In this document: positions 30,059-40,177 of the stretch, piece by piece
Numbering within the stretch: position 1 is the first letter of the stretch
Layout: every line of letters starts with the position of its first letter
Origin: a virus
DNA length: 64,000 nt
Direction: 5' to 3' (one strand)
IMG/VR virus record: IMGVR_UViG_3300008255_000002
Translations under genes and position numbers: made by a program
The notes under the pieces: model-generated
Seen by the model: only the letters and a program-made list of their open reading frames with translations
Database searches by the model: none
Told to the model about the DNA's origin: nothing

Positions 30059-30763
30059 CTATAGTATTGCGTCTCTCATCGTTAGAACCTTTTTCTTAAG
30101 TGTTCTTACCGCACTAAACTTATTCATTTTGTATATTGGATTTTTACAACGAATCCTAAGCGAGAATTCTACGTCTTCCCCGTCACAATGACACAAATCT
30201 TCTCTAATGTAATGTTTGGTCATCCAGGATTGTTTTGCTGCCCAATAGTATCCAGGAATTAAAAAATATGGATTTGGACTGTCGTAATTTTCTAATGCTG
30301 GCGTATATGGTCTTTCGATACCTTTTGGGCACCATTTTTCTTTTTGGAACCACGGACGATTACTAAATTTACACATAGGATTATCAAATGAAACCCAATC
30401 TTGAAATCTTTCACCGTCTAAATTTAAAATAACATTCATACATAAATCCCAATCATATCCAAATTTTTGATATCCTTCGTACCATCCATCATTTAAAATA
30501 ATATAATCATGCATATAGACGCATTTGTCATATCGTGTAAATTCGGTTCCAATATTTTTTTTAGCACTAATATGAACAGGAAATTTATGATCCTCAAAAG
30601 GAACGCAAATATAATCTGTTGTTTTTTTATATTTTCCACCAACAACAATAATTTCGTGTTGATTAGAGGGGATATTCTGTGTGCGAATCGAATCTATAAT
30701 TTGCGGAATAAATTCAAAATCACGACTTATAATTATAAAACTAAATCCTTCTTTTGTTTTCAT
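30059..30763 (-). CDS. Family 2-like glycosyltransferase (paralog of 32554..33237)
   Basis: FSFIII, EIIVVGG, HISAKKN, MHDY, GEDVEFS. Confidence 0.75.
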   Translation of the reverse strand: MKTKEGFSFIIISRDFEFIPQIIDSIRTQNIPSNQHEIIVVGGKYKKTTDYICVPFEDHKFPVHISAKKNIGTEFTRYDKCVYMHDYIILNDGWYEGYQKFGYDWDLCMNVILNLDGERFQDWVSFDNPMCKFSNRPWFQKEKWCPKGIERPYTPALENYDSPNPYFLIPGYYWAAKQSWMTKHYIREDLCHCDGEDVEFSLRIRCKNPIYKMNKFSAVRTLKKKVLTMRDAIL

Positions 30764-31246
30764 TTATATACTATATTTAAAATATACTGCATAATCTGTA
30801 CATATCCCCGCACATCCTAATTTATTAAAATAATAATTAAAATGACCATTTTTTATATTATCAAAATTGTTATTTTCCGGCATAACCGCAATAGAATCTT
30901 TTCCTAAATGACCACCCGGATATGTCCAAATATAATTTTGACTTGTTAATACAGCTATATCGTTATTATGCATAAAACAATGTATACCGATTTTACCAAT
31001 ATCAAGTAATTTTCTTAATGCAAGAATGTTTTTGGCATGACACACTAAATTATATTCTCTTTCTTTAAAAAATGTTTCTTCAACCAAATATGTTGGTTTG
31101 TCGTGTCCCAAGTAAAAATCTTTTCCTAAACACCAAACATCTACTTCTACATCATATCCTGTAATAATAGCATAATCTATATAACACGGTTTATTTTCTT
31201 TATCTGGATTTGGACCGAAAATATTTCCTCTATGAGCTATAATCAT
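30764..31246 (-). CDS. Glycerophosphodiester phosphodiesterase-like protein
   Basis: IIAHRGN...EN...DVEVDVW...LGHD...HAKN...GICTDY. Confidence 0.8.
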   Translation of the reverse strand: MIIAHRGNIFGPNPDKENKPCYIDYAIITGYDVEVDVWCLGKDFYLGHDKPTYLVEETFFKEREYNLVCHAKNILALRKLLDIGKIGIHCFMHNNDIAVLTSQNYIWTYPGGHLGKDSIAVMPENNNFDNIKNGHFNYYFNKLGCAGICTDYAVYFKYSI

Positions 31247-31958
31247 TTAAATATCTTTCAAGTGATTCTGGATCGCCCAATCCAATCATTTTATCAACAT
31301 AAAAAGCACTTATACAATAACCACGTTTAATCGCTTCATTATATGAAGGAGCAAAATACCATTCATTATTTACTTTATTTTGATAGTTATTCATCATATT
31401 TCTTATAGAATTAAACATTAGATATGTCGTCTTGTAAAAATAAATACCACAAGTCGAATGATCACTTACAACTTGTTTTTCAACAACCTCACAAACCGCT
31501 TTTTCATATTGTAGTTTAACATAACTCCATTTTGGATCATTAGAATTGAACGTAAATATAATTCCATCCCAATAACGAAACACTTCATCTATAAATTTTT
31601 CTTTATTATATTCAATTAATTGATCTGAATTTACAACCATAACTGGTTTATATGGATCACAAAACTTTTCAGCTAACAAAATTGTTTCGGCGGCACCACC
31701 AGTTAAACCGTTAGTTCTAACAATCGTACATTTTTTAACAAGATTAGATAATATCCCCTCTAACCCAAATTCTTTATCGTGTTGATCCTGAACAATAAAA
31801 ATATAATTTGCATCTGGAAATTGAAGGGAATTAACAACTTCTTCAATCATTGGTTTTCCGCTTTTTAACGGAATAAGAGGTTTTATTGTTTTATATCCTG
31901 CTTCACGAAAACGAGATCCATTTCCAGCCATCGGTATAATTAGATTTAAATTATCCAT
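31230..31958 (-). CDS. Sugar-phosphate nucleotidyltransferase (GT-A)
   Basis: LIIPMAGNGSRF...KPLI...TGGAAET...NSDQ...EK. Confidence 0.85.
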   Translation of the reverse strand: MDNLNLIIPMAGNGSRFREAGYKTIKPLIPLKSGKPMIEEVVNSLQFPDANYIFIVQDQHDKEFGLEGILSNLVKKCTIVRTNGLTGGAAETILLAEKFCDPYKPVMVVNSDQLIEYNKEKFIDEVFRYWDGIIFTFNSNDPKWSYVKLQYEKAVCEVVEKQVVSDHSTCGIYFYKTTYLMFNSIRNMMNNYQNKVNNEWYFAPSYNEAIKRGYCISAFYVDKMIGLGDPESLERYLNDYSS

Positions 31959-32557
31959 TTAGTTTTTTCCTCAAAAAAATCAAATGTTAATTCTGAGGCA
32001 TCTTTTACTTTAATAACATGAGCACTTGAATCCCAAGCGCTACGCAAACCGATTGAAGAATCCTCGAAAATTATTGTATCTTTTGGACCGATATTTGCAG
32101 AAAACATAGCATAAAGATATGGTTGTGGATGTGGTTTTTGAAATTCTGTTGATTTATTATGAATTAAAAAATCTACATATTCATATAATTCCATTTTTTT
32201 AAGAACTATTTCTACGGTATGTTTGATTGCATTACTAACGATTGCTATTTTTATTTTGTTAAAATTACAATACTGAAAGATTTTTGTTTTTTCTTTGTCT
32301 TCTCTTACAACATCATGAATTTTATCTATTGTTAGTATCTGTTTTAATCTACTAATAAAGTTAATTTCTTCTTGTTTAAAATTCATCATTTCTAATTTTT
32401 TAGTTGTTGGAAGTCCATTATATTTATATTTATGATCTTCTTCGCTAATTATATATTTTTCCCCAACAATTTCTTTTATAGCACTGTTTAAAGTATCTTT
32501 ATGTATATCTGATAAATTAACAATAGTATTATCTAAATCAAACGCAACTAATTTCAT
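31946..32557 (-). CDS. HAD-family phosphatase
   Basis: FDLDNT, VSNA, KPHPQPY, FEDS..G. Confidence 0.85.
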   Translation of the reverse strand: MKLVAFDLDNTIVNLSDIHKDTLNSAIKEIVGEKYIISEEDHKYKYNGLPTTKKLEMMNFKQEEINFISRLKQILTIDKIHDVVREDKEKTKIFQYCNFNKIKIAIVSNAIKHTVEIVLKKMELYEYVDFLIHNKSTEFQKPHPQPYLYAMFSANIGPKDTIIFEDSSIGLRSAWDSSAHVIKVKDASELTFDFFEEKTKWII

Positions 32558-33237
32558 AGTTCTTTTCTCTTTAGAAATTTAACAGATGTTTTATCATTCA
32601 TCTGATATTTTGCCTTATCTCTAATACGAAGTGACCATTCAATGTCTTCCCCGTCTCTATGGGAAAGATTTTCGTTAAGAGGGTTTTCTAACATGAATTC
32701 TTTTTTTGCGATCCAAAAATATCCAGGTATTGCGAAATAAGGATTTGGTTGATTGTAATCGATGTTATTCCATGCATTATAGAATTCTATTCCTTTGGGG
32801 CACCATTTTTCAGTACATATCCATTTATGTATTGGTTTTGTTGGGTCTGACCATGACACCCAATCTCTAAATCTTGTACCATTATTATTTAAAACTTGGC
32901 ACATAGCAACATCCCAATCGTCGCCAAATGACTTCATTGAATTATAGAAATTCTTCCCTAATACAATGTAATCATGCATAATCACGCAAACGTCATATTG
33001 CGCATTTTCCACGCCTAAATTTTTCTTTTTTGTAATGTGGTGGGGAACTTCTGTTTCATCGAACGCAACCTGTTTATAATGTTCGCCAATATAATTATAT
33101 ATGTCCCAATTAAAATTTCCACCAACAACAACTAATTCTGTTTCGTGATATGGACACGTATCATATATTGATTTTGCAATTTCTACAATTCTTTCGGGGT
33201 TCTTACCATCTGTCGTTAATATATAAGATATTTTCAT
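32554..33237 (-). CDS. Family 2-like glycosyltransferase (paralog of 30059..30763)
   Basis: ELVVVGG, HITKKKN, MHDY, RFRDWVSW, GEDIEWS. Confidence 0.75.
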   Translation of the reverse strand: MKISYILTTDGKNPERIVEIAKSIYDTCPYHETELVVVGGNFNWDIYNYIGEHYKQVAFDETEVPHHITKKKNLGVENAQYDVCVIMHDYIVLGKNFYNSMKSFGDDWDVAMCQVLNNNGTRFRDWVSWSDPTKPIHKWICTEKWCPKGIEFYNAWNNIDYNQPNPYFAIPGYFWIAKKEFMLENPLNENLSHRDGEDIEWSLRIRDKAKYQMNDKTSVKFLKRKEL

Positions 33238-33333
33238 TTTATCACCCCTCTATTTTATTTAATTTAGCATATATACCATGTAGTTCTTTTGCTTTTTCAT
33301 TTTTTTTAACAAGATTGTGGTCGTATTTTACAT

Positions 33334-34227
33334 TCATTTTAATATCTCGTTTAATGATTCTTCTAAATCTATAGATGGTTCCCAATCCAATAATGTTACT
33401 GCTCGATTAATATCTAAAACATATTTTGGTTTACCATTTGGTTTTGTTGCATCAAAATTAATAGATCCAGTATATTTCATTTTTAAACAAATTAATTTAA
33501 CAAGGTCTTTAATATTTATACCCTGTCCTGAACCGATATTTATTGGTAATTTTAAATCTTCTTTAGATTCTAAAGATAAATGAATCGCTCTACATAAATC
33601 TTCAACATCAACAAAATCCCTAATAGCTGTTCCGTCACCCCAAACTTCTAAAGGAGGCAAAGCATAAGTAGAAGCTATTTTTTTAATTTTATTAATAATA
33701 CTGACTACAACACCACTTCTATTACGCAAACCAATTACGTTAGAGGGGATTAAATATACCCAATTTAAATTGCTAGACTTTAACATATCTAAAATAGCTA
33801 AACGACTTGATCCGTATGGTGCCATATTACCAGTAATTTCACCACTATATAAAGATGTTTCGTATAATGGTTGTGGTGCGGAATCTGGATAACTAGCACT
33901 TGTCCCTAATTGAATGAATTTATCGACATTGTTTGATTGAGATTGTTCAATAAGATTCCCGGCAATTAACATATTTTCCCAAAACATATTTAAAGAAGCT
34001 TGTGTATGTTGATCAACCCCACCCGCGTGACCCGCACAATTAATAACAACATTTGGTTTAATATCTTTAAAAAGTTTTTCTGTGCATTCTCTATTTAATA
34101 GATTATATCTTGTTGATGTTGCCGGATAAACATTTCTATATCTTTTTTTTCTTAAATAATCAACAACATTAGATCCAATAAATCCGTTTTTTCCACCAGC
34201 CACTAAAATATTTCCAAATTCATACAT
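33334..34227 (-). CDS. GDP-L-fucose synthase-like NDP-sugar epimerase/reductase
   Basis: GGKNGFIGS, CAGHAGG, WGDGTAIRDF, NIGSG, KPNG; catalytic motif YGSSR. Confidence 0.8.
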   Translation of the reverse strand: MYEFGNILVAGGKNGFIGSNVVDYLRKKRYRNVYPATSTRYNLLNRECTEKLFKDIKPNVVINCAGHAGGVDQHTQASLNMFWENMLIAGNLIEQSQSNNVDKFIQLGTSASYPDSAPQPLYETSLYSGEITGNMAPYGSSRLAILDMLKSSNLNWVYLIPSNVIGLRNRSGVVVSIINKIKKIASTYALPPLEVWGDGTAIRDFVDVEDLCRAIHLSLESKEDLKLPINIGSGQGINIKDLVKLICLKMKYTGSINFDATKPNGKPKYVLDINRAVTLLDWEPSIDLEESLNEILK

Positions 34228-34228
34228 A

Positions 34229-34957
34229 TTATTTTACTCCGTAATAAACATTGTTGCCGACATACGGCATAGATTCGACATGGAAACCATTTTTCTTAAA
34301 ATATTCTAAATTATCCATATTTTCCCATTGTTTTGCAAAACTAACAAAATAGTGCTTCGCATTCATATTATGTATAAATATAGCTCTAGTTTCTTTATCT
34401 GTTTCAGATAAACTTTGGTGTGCTATAAACAAATCTACATTACTGTAATCAAAAAAAAGATCACCCATATTACTGTAAAACTCAACATTCTCAAGCAGAT
34501 TACATTCCCCTAAGTAAAACTTTTGTATTTCAATAATTTCTGGAAAATCGTATATGATATATTTCCCCTTAAAACCAAGTTGTTTAATGAGACGGCACAT
34601 CGAACCGATTCCGCCACCAAATTCAAATATGCTATCAAGGTGATTTACACCACATCCATTAGCGATAATAATCTTATCCTGAACATATTCCAAGTAATTT
34701 AAATGGAATAGTTGAACTATTGAGTTAGGTAGCCATGTTGTCCCCGGATAAAAATATTTTTTAGTTATAAAATCTGGTTCTTTAAGTAAATTATCAACTT
34801 TATAATTAAAAATAGTCTCATCTATCATATTTGCTATATAACCAGCATTTCCAACAATCATTGTTTGTTGTAATGGTGCCCATTCCATAAAATTTTTAAT
34901 ATCATCGGCTACAAGCAACCATTTAATTTGAGCAAGTTTTTGTTCCCAGAATGTCAT
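34229..34957 (-). CDS. Putative sugar O-methyltransferase
   Basis: IFEFGGGIG SAM-binding motif, YIIYDFPE...QKFYL, SLSE. Confidence 0.7.
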   Translation of the reverse strand: MTFWEQKLAQIKWLLVADDIKNFMEWAPLQQTMIVGNAGYIANMIDETIFNYKVDNLLKEPDFITKKYFYPGTTWLPNSIVQLFHLNYLEYVQDKIIIANGCGVNHLDSIFEFGGGIGSMCRLIKQLGFKGKYIIYDFPEIIEIQKFYLGECNLLENVEFYSNMGDLFFDYSNVDLFIAHQSLSETDKETRAIFIHNMNAKHYFVSFAKQWENMDNLEYFKKNGFHVESMPYVGNNVYYGVK

Positions 34958-34994
34958 TTTATAACCTAAAATTATAGGATTTGGTTCTTTCGTT

Positions 34995-35942
34995 TTATTT
35001 TCCTAAAATATTACTATAATACCAATCAACCGTTTGTTTAATTCCATCTTCCAATAATATTTCTGGTTCCCAATTTAGAACAAGTTTCATTTTTGTATTA
35101 TCCATTAATTTTTTAATAGCCCCGTCTGCTTTAGTTGTATCAAAAATAATTTCACCTTTATATCCAATAATTTCAGAGATTAAAAATGCTAAATCTTTAA
35201 TTGTTATATCTGTACCAGTACCAACATTTAATACTTCTGTAGGATCGTTATAACTTTCAAAAGTTCTTACTAATGCATTTCCAACATCCATGCAATATAT
35301 AAATTCTCGCATAGGACGACCAGATCCCCATACAACTACTTGTGGAGTATTTTTTAATTTAGCATCTATAAATCTTTTAATAAGACCTCCAATAACTTTG
35401 GTTTTACCTTCATCAAATGAATCTTCTATACCAAACGAATTGTTTATTACAACACAAACAGAATTAAAGTTATATTGTTTGTGTAGATATTTAGAATATT
35501 CAAAAAAAACACGTCTTGCATGACCGTGCGAATCAACAGATGGATGAGAAGGACCGTTTAAAAAATCTTTTTCTTTAAGTAAATTATTGCTATCTGGATA
35601 AGAACAACTAGGAATAATAGATACGGTTTTTGGAACTTCTAGTTGTCTGGCGATTTCTAATGTATTTAATCCAATTTTAATATTATTGTAATAGAAATCT
35701 GCCGGTTGTGCAATATTCATATGAACATTACCATTAAATGCCGCTAAATGAAATAGTCCGGCTATTTTACCATAATACGGAGCTAATTTATTTAATGAAT
35801 CTCCAAACATTGTAAGATCAAATCCGGTTGTACGACAAACTTCAACTATCTCATAATCTTGGTAAAATTTCTTTATTGCAGCAATAGTTGCTTTACCCAT
35901 CATACTACTTGACCCAGTAACAATAAATATATTTTTATTCAT
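34995..35942 (-). CDS. GDP-L-fucose synthase-like NDP-sugar epimerase/reductase
   Basis: HLAA..G...N..QPADF..NN, SCSYP, WGSGRPMREF, NVGTG, KADG. Confidence 0.8.
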   Translation of the reverse strand: MNKNIFIVTGSSSMMGKATIAAIKKFYQDYEIVEVCRTTGFDLTMFGDSLNKLAPYYGKIAGLFHLAAFNGNVHMNIAQPADFYYNNIKIGLNTLEIARQLEVPKTVSIIPSCSYPDSNNLLKEKDFLNGPSHPSVDSHGHARRVFFEYSKYLHKQYNFNSVCVVINNSFGIEDSFDEGKTKVIGGLIKRFIDAKLKNTPQVVVWGSGRPMREFIYCMDVGNALVRTFESYNDPTEVLNVGTGTDITIKDLAFLISEIIGYKGEIIFDTTKADGAIKKLMDNTKMKLVLNWEPEILLEDGIKQTVDWYYSNILGK

Positions 35943-36015
35943 TATTATCCTTTATTATATTTTGGTATGTGTTATCTCCATAAATTTTAATTATTGATTT
36001 TAATAATAATTAATA

Positions 36016-36423
36016 TTATTTCTCTGTAACTGAAATGTTTAAGTTATATTTTGACTCAATCCACTCTTTAATATATTTATGTATGTGATCATGGATTGCT
36101 TGTTGTAAATTGTTGTTTCCAGCCGCATAATATCTCTTAAGTCCCCCATTCATTTCATATTCTACTCTTTCCATAATAACCTTACGAAACGAACTATACG
36201 AATCATTAAATAAGTTATCTATGTATTTATCGACCCTTTGTTCTATAATCTCTCTAATAAAATCCTTGTCTGCACCCAACTCATTAATAATAATGTTACG
36301 AATATGGTTGTGGAGTTTCTTATCAGAAACATTAAGCTTCAAAATACTATCACAAAAAGTACATTTAGGATCTTCTGAATTAAAATATCCAACTACTGCA
36401 CGACCACAGTTTTCACAATTCAT
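36016..36423 (-). CDS. Hypothetical protein with N-terminal zinc ribbon
   Basis: CENC...CTFC. Confidence 0.55.
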   Translation of the reverse strand: MNCENCGRAVVGYFNSEDPKCTFCDSILKLNVSDKKLHNHIRNIIINELGADKDFIREIIEQRVDKYIDNLFNDSYSSFRKVIMERVEYEMNGGLKRYYAAGNNNLQQAIHDHIHKYIKEWIESKYNLNISVTEK

Positions 36424-36691
36424 TATTTAAAGCCTCTTTTGCAATTTCTGTAGCATAAAAACCGATATCATCCCAAAAATATCGTCCCTGTAATTCAATG
36501 ATTTTTTCTAAAGCTTCACGATATCGTTTCTTTTCTTCGACTTCTGGTAGTTTTACAAAAAAGTCCCTTTTTTCTTCTGTTGGTATACAACGAAACCTGT
36601 AATCGCATTCCAAACAATTACCGTATCCACACGCACAACAGGTTGTATCAACTTCCTTCTGACATCGTGGACAATTCATTTTCCATCCCAT
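36413..36691 (-). CDS. Cys-rich hypothetical protein
   Basis: CPRC...CCACGYGNCLEC. Confidence 0.55.
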   Translation of the reverse strand: MGWKMNCPRCQKEVDTTCCACGYGNCLECDYRFRCIPTEEKRDFFVKLPEVEEKKRYREALEKIIELQGRYFWDDIGFYATEIAKEALNNEL

Positions 36692-37403
36692 AATCTTCCT
36701 CTATAATATTCTGATAAGCTTTGTCGCCAAATAGCTCTTTAGCTTTTCGATTGTAGGCTAAAGCCGCTTCCTTTTCTGATTCAAAAGTTCCGACTCTAAT
36801 CTGTTTTTTATTATATTGTATTCTAGCCATCCATTTATTTAATCTTTTGTCTCGTAAAACCCCCATATATCTAGAGCTAAAGTTCTTCCTGCTAATATTT
36901 CTAATCTGCTCTAATTGAGTAACACATCGGCAATTTGATGATTCGTAATTACCATTAGAATCTTTTCTGTCAATAGTTAATTGATCATTATATCCATTAT
37001 TTAATGCCCAATCTCTAAAAGATTCATAAGATTTGTTCCATTCGTCACAAACACGAACACCTTTTTTCCCATAGTATTTGTATACAGAATCATTTGGATT
37101 ATTACATCTCTTTTTCATCTGTTTCCAAATACCATAAAGTCTTGTTTCGCTTTCTCCGTGAGTTTTTTCGCCAAAAGAATGACCATATCTCTCTCTTGGA
37201 TAGCATCCACAACTAAAAACCCTATTTTTTAATAAATCGTATATACTGTTCGCTTTGGCTTTTGTTATATCTCCATTAGCACATTCGCACAACACCATAA
37301 CGGATGGATTTTTCCCTCTAATAAAAACTTCTGATACTACTTTTACCCTATTAAATTCCCTGCCTATATAAAACTCATTTTTATATTTGCCATTATAACT
37401 CAT
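36648..37403 (-). CDS. HNH homing endonuclease with C-terminal AP2 domain
   Basis: SCGC, RLYGIWKQMKKRC, TIDRKDSNGNYESSNCR, SRYMGV...WMARI...GTFESEKEAALAYN. Confidence 0.9.
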   Translation of the reverse strand: MSYNGKYKNEFYIGREFNRVKVVSEVFIRGKNPSVMVLCECANGDITKAKANSIYDLLKNRVFSCGCYPRERYGHSFGEKTHGESETRLYGIWKQMKKRCNNPNDSVYKYYGKKGVRVCDEWNKSYESFRDWALNNGYNDQLTIDRKDSNGNYESSNCRCVTQLEQIRNISRKNFSSRYMGVLRDKRLNKWMARIQYNKKQIRVGTFESEKEAALAYNRKAKELFGDKAYQNIIEEDYGMENELSTMSEGS

Positions 37404-38347
37404 AAATATTTATCCTTTGAATTATATAACGGCATTGAGTTGATTAGCATATCAACACTTTCTTCAAGTGTGATGGTCGCCTCAAACCCTTTTTCGTTAA
37501 TTTTTCGGTGCGAAATAATATAATCTCGCTGATCTAAATCTTTACCAATCTCTGCTTTACACGAAATAAAATCTAGTTTTGTGTGTAAGAAATTAATAAT
37601 ATCTTGTTTGCTATAGTTGTTTTTATCAGATCCAATATTATAAATTTTATTTTCATCATCTATTAATTTATCAAAATTCTCTAAACCAAATACTAAACTG
37701 CGTCCGATATCATAAACATCAATAAATGAACGTCTTGCATGTGATTCAAAAACAGTAATATATTTCTCATAATATGCCTTCCACACAAAATCATTTACCA
37801 TTAAACTAAGACGCATTGCAGGAGCAATCCCCATAGCTGTAGAAAAACGGTAAACCGCTCCGTTTGGAGTATTAAGGGTATGTTGTTCAGCTTCTAATTT
37901 ATGTCTTCCATAGGTTGATTGTGGGTTCACAGGGCTTTTTTCCGTACAAATCTCATCAAGTCTACCATAACAACTACCCGTTGACATTAATATCATAGGA
38001 GTTTCTGATTTTTTATATCTAGCTACATTAGATGTTCCAATAGCAGTATATAATTTACTAAGCTCTTTATGTCTCTCGCTTAACGGTGCGCCAACAATTG
38101 CCGCCCCATGTAAAATTGCATCACAACCATCTAACATTTTTTCAACATCATTAACATCAGACACATCTCCAACCATAAATTCAAAACCAGGATAACGAGC
38201 TAATGATAATAGACCATCGCAATGTTGGCTCTTCCAAAAGTTATCAACAACTCTAACTTTATAATTTTTTTCAAGAAGTTGTTTTGTTACTGTTGTTCCA
38301 ATAAAACCGCCACCAGTTACCAATACCTTATTTATTTCTTTACTCAT
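37400..38347 (-). CDS. NAD-dependent epimerase/dehydratase
   Basis: VTGGGFIG, HGAAIVG, YGRHK (YxxxK). Confidence 0.85.
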   Translation of the reverse strand: MSKEINKVLVTGGGFIGTTVTKQLLEKNYKVRVVDNFWKSQHCDGLLSLARYPGFEFMVGDVSDVNDVEKMLDGCDAILHGAAIVGAPLSERHKELSKLYTAIGTSNVARYKKSETPMILMSTGSCYGRLDEICTEKSPVNPQSTYGRHKLEAEQHTLNTPNGAVYRFSTAMGIAPAMRLSLMVNDFVWKAYYEKYITVFESHARRSFIDVYDIGRSLVFGLENFDKLIDDENKIYNIGSDKNNYSKQDIINFLHTKLDFISCKAEIGKDLDQRDYIISHRKINEKGFEATITLEESVDMLINSMPLYNSKDKYL

Positions 38348-38362
38348 TATATTATTTGTCCT

Positions 38363-38554
38363 TTATCTTAATGTAGAAATTATACCTTCTGATATATTAA
38401 TGTCTCTTGAGATAACATCGTGAACGTACCATCTTTCTCTTTCATAGTTATATTCTAGTATTGTACCGAGCCAAAAAAACCAATCATCATCTTTTTGATA
38501 TTTTGCCTTAACTAGAAAAATTTTATATAAAGGTATCATGGAGTTATAATCCAA
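38363..38554 (-). CDS. Hypothetical protein
   Basis: 63-aa ORF in operon tiling. Confidence 0.45.
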   Translation of the reverse strand: MDYNSMIPLYKIFLVKAKYQKDDDWFFWLGTILEYNYERERWYVHDVISRDINISEGIISTLR

Positions 38555-38955
38555 AATGGTTTATTTAGTTTCGCGCAATGTTCAACAGTATTTAGTGTTC
38601 CGCTATTTCTATATCCTAATCCATCATAAAAAGCAACAACACAATCAGCAAATTCGGCGATCTGTTTATTTCTTTCAAGATAGGCTAATTTATCTGATGG
38701 ATATCGTTTTTTAGGGAGGAATTCAGTTAGTTGTAAATTATAAAATTTTGCGACTGTTGCCGCTGTTTTATCTACAATGCCGCCCCCACCACTAACTATA
38801 TGTGGACATTTATATTCTAAGCAATATTTGATAAAAACATCAACTTCATTTGGAGATGGAAATCTTCTTGATCCAACAATACCTATTTTATTTAAATCTA
38901 AACTATATTTTGTTATAATTTCCGCCACATCATATACGATTTGTCTATTCATCAA
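38536..38955 (-). CDS. SLOG-superfamily (DprA/YspA-like) protein
   Basis: IGIVGSRRF, IVSGGG..VD, ERNKQIA..AD.VVAFYDG...SGT. Confidence 0.75.
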   Translation of the reverse strand: MMNRQIVYDVAEIITKYSLDLNKIGIVGSRRFPSPNEVDVFIKYCLEYKCPHIVSGGGGIVDKTAATVAKFYNLQLTEFLPKKRYPSDKLAYLERNKQIAEFADCVVAFYDGLGYRNSGTLNTVEHCAKLNKPFWIITP

Positions 38956-39167
38956 TTTCTCGATTTATTATAAATAGATATTGGGTAATAGATTGTATAA
39001 AAAACAATTGCTGTAAACATTGTTATTGGTGACACTAACCAAAAAAGAAGATAATCCATAATTGGTTCTTCGTCAAATAATTTTTCTCTTTTTGATTTGA
39101 TATATTGGGAAATTGTTATGTAACCAAAAACAATATAAGATGTTATTAGATATATAGTTATAATCAT
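38952..39167 (-). CDS. Small membrane protein
   Basis: Two hydrophobic segments in 71 aa. Confidence 0.55.
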   Translation of the reverse strand: MIITIYLITSYIVFGYITISQYIKSKREKLFDEEPIMDYLLFWLVSPITMFTAIVFYTIYYPISIYNKSRN

Positions 39168-39412
39168 TGTTCACAAACCACAAAAGGACAGTTTTCAAAA
39201 GTCCACAAACTATATATATTTGATCTTGGTGGCTTACACTCTAAAATATTAATAATCCAATACTCTCCAAAATTTAACGACCCTGCACTAGAGCATTGTT
39301 TATAATCGTCTTGTAACATCATTTTGCGCGACTTATAAACGATTATATCTCCCTTAACTAAATCTTTTGCGAGTTTAATTTTATACATTATTTCCCCTAA
39401 CCAAATCAACAA
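39164..39412 (-). CDS. Hypothetical protein
   Basis: Short ORF in operon tiling. Confidence 0.5.
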   Translation of the reverse strand: MLIWLGEIMYKIKLAKDLVKGDIIVYKSRKMMLQDDYKQCSSAGSLNFGEYWIINILECKPPRSNIYSLWTFENCPFVVCEQ

Positions 39413-40060
39413 TTTTCTTAAGTTCTTTTATTTTACAAATCTTATAAGGGTCTTTGTCTTTATAATCATGTTTCATATAATTACTAATAATACAGAGTAA
39501 TGAATTAACTCTATTAGGTGTAAGATCGAAAACTTCTGCAACATCTTTTTTAAATAATTCTTGTTTTTCATACATCTCTGTCATATATTTTCTATATGGA
39601 GTAGTGTCTTTATCAAGGTTTACATTATAATAACCATCATTAATTCTACAAACCAATCCTGCATAATCTATTTTTTTTTTGGTGGAAGCCCAAAGTTTGT
39701 TGTGCATCCTTGGAAAAACATATTATATGGATCTTTTGATGTTAAATCTAATAACCAATTAAATACACAATTATTTATATTTAATTGTGCTACTCTATAA
39801 TTCATATCTTTATCGAGCACAACTATATTATCTTTAATTCGTGATTGACCGATTTATATACATTCTTAGCTAGACGTATAACCAATACCGTTTTGTTTCC
39901 ATAGACAAGTAATTTTGTCGCCATATTCCATATAGGAGATAATAAAAAAAGTACAACACGAAGTATCATTTCTCTATTTTCTTTATGTGGTTGTAAAAAA
40001 AGAGGATGTATTCTTATTATAAGTAATAATATATCTGAATTTATCATTTTTTTGTTTCAC
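39381..40060 (-). pseudogene. Fragmented hypothetical gene(s)
   Basis: Overlapping open stretches switch frame, one at a T10 run (39671-39680). Confidence 0.35.
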
Positions 40061-40177
40061 CAAAAAGGATCGCTAACTTTGTTTGATTTTACTCTGATTT
40101 TATAAATTAATATGTTTATTAAAAACCATATCAGAATATATCCACAAATCGGAACATTTTGTAAATATGATATAAAA

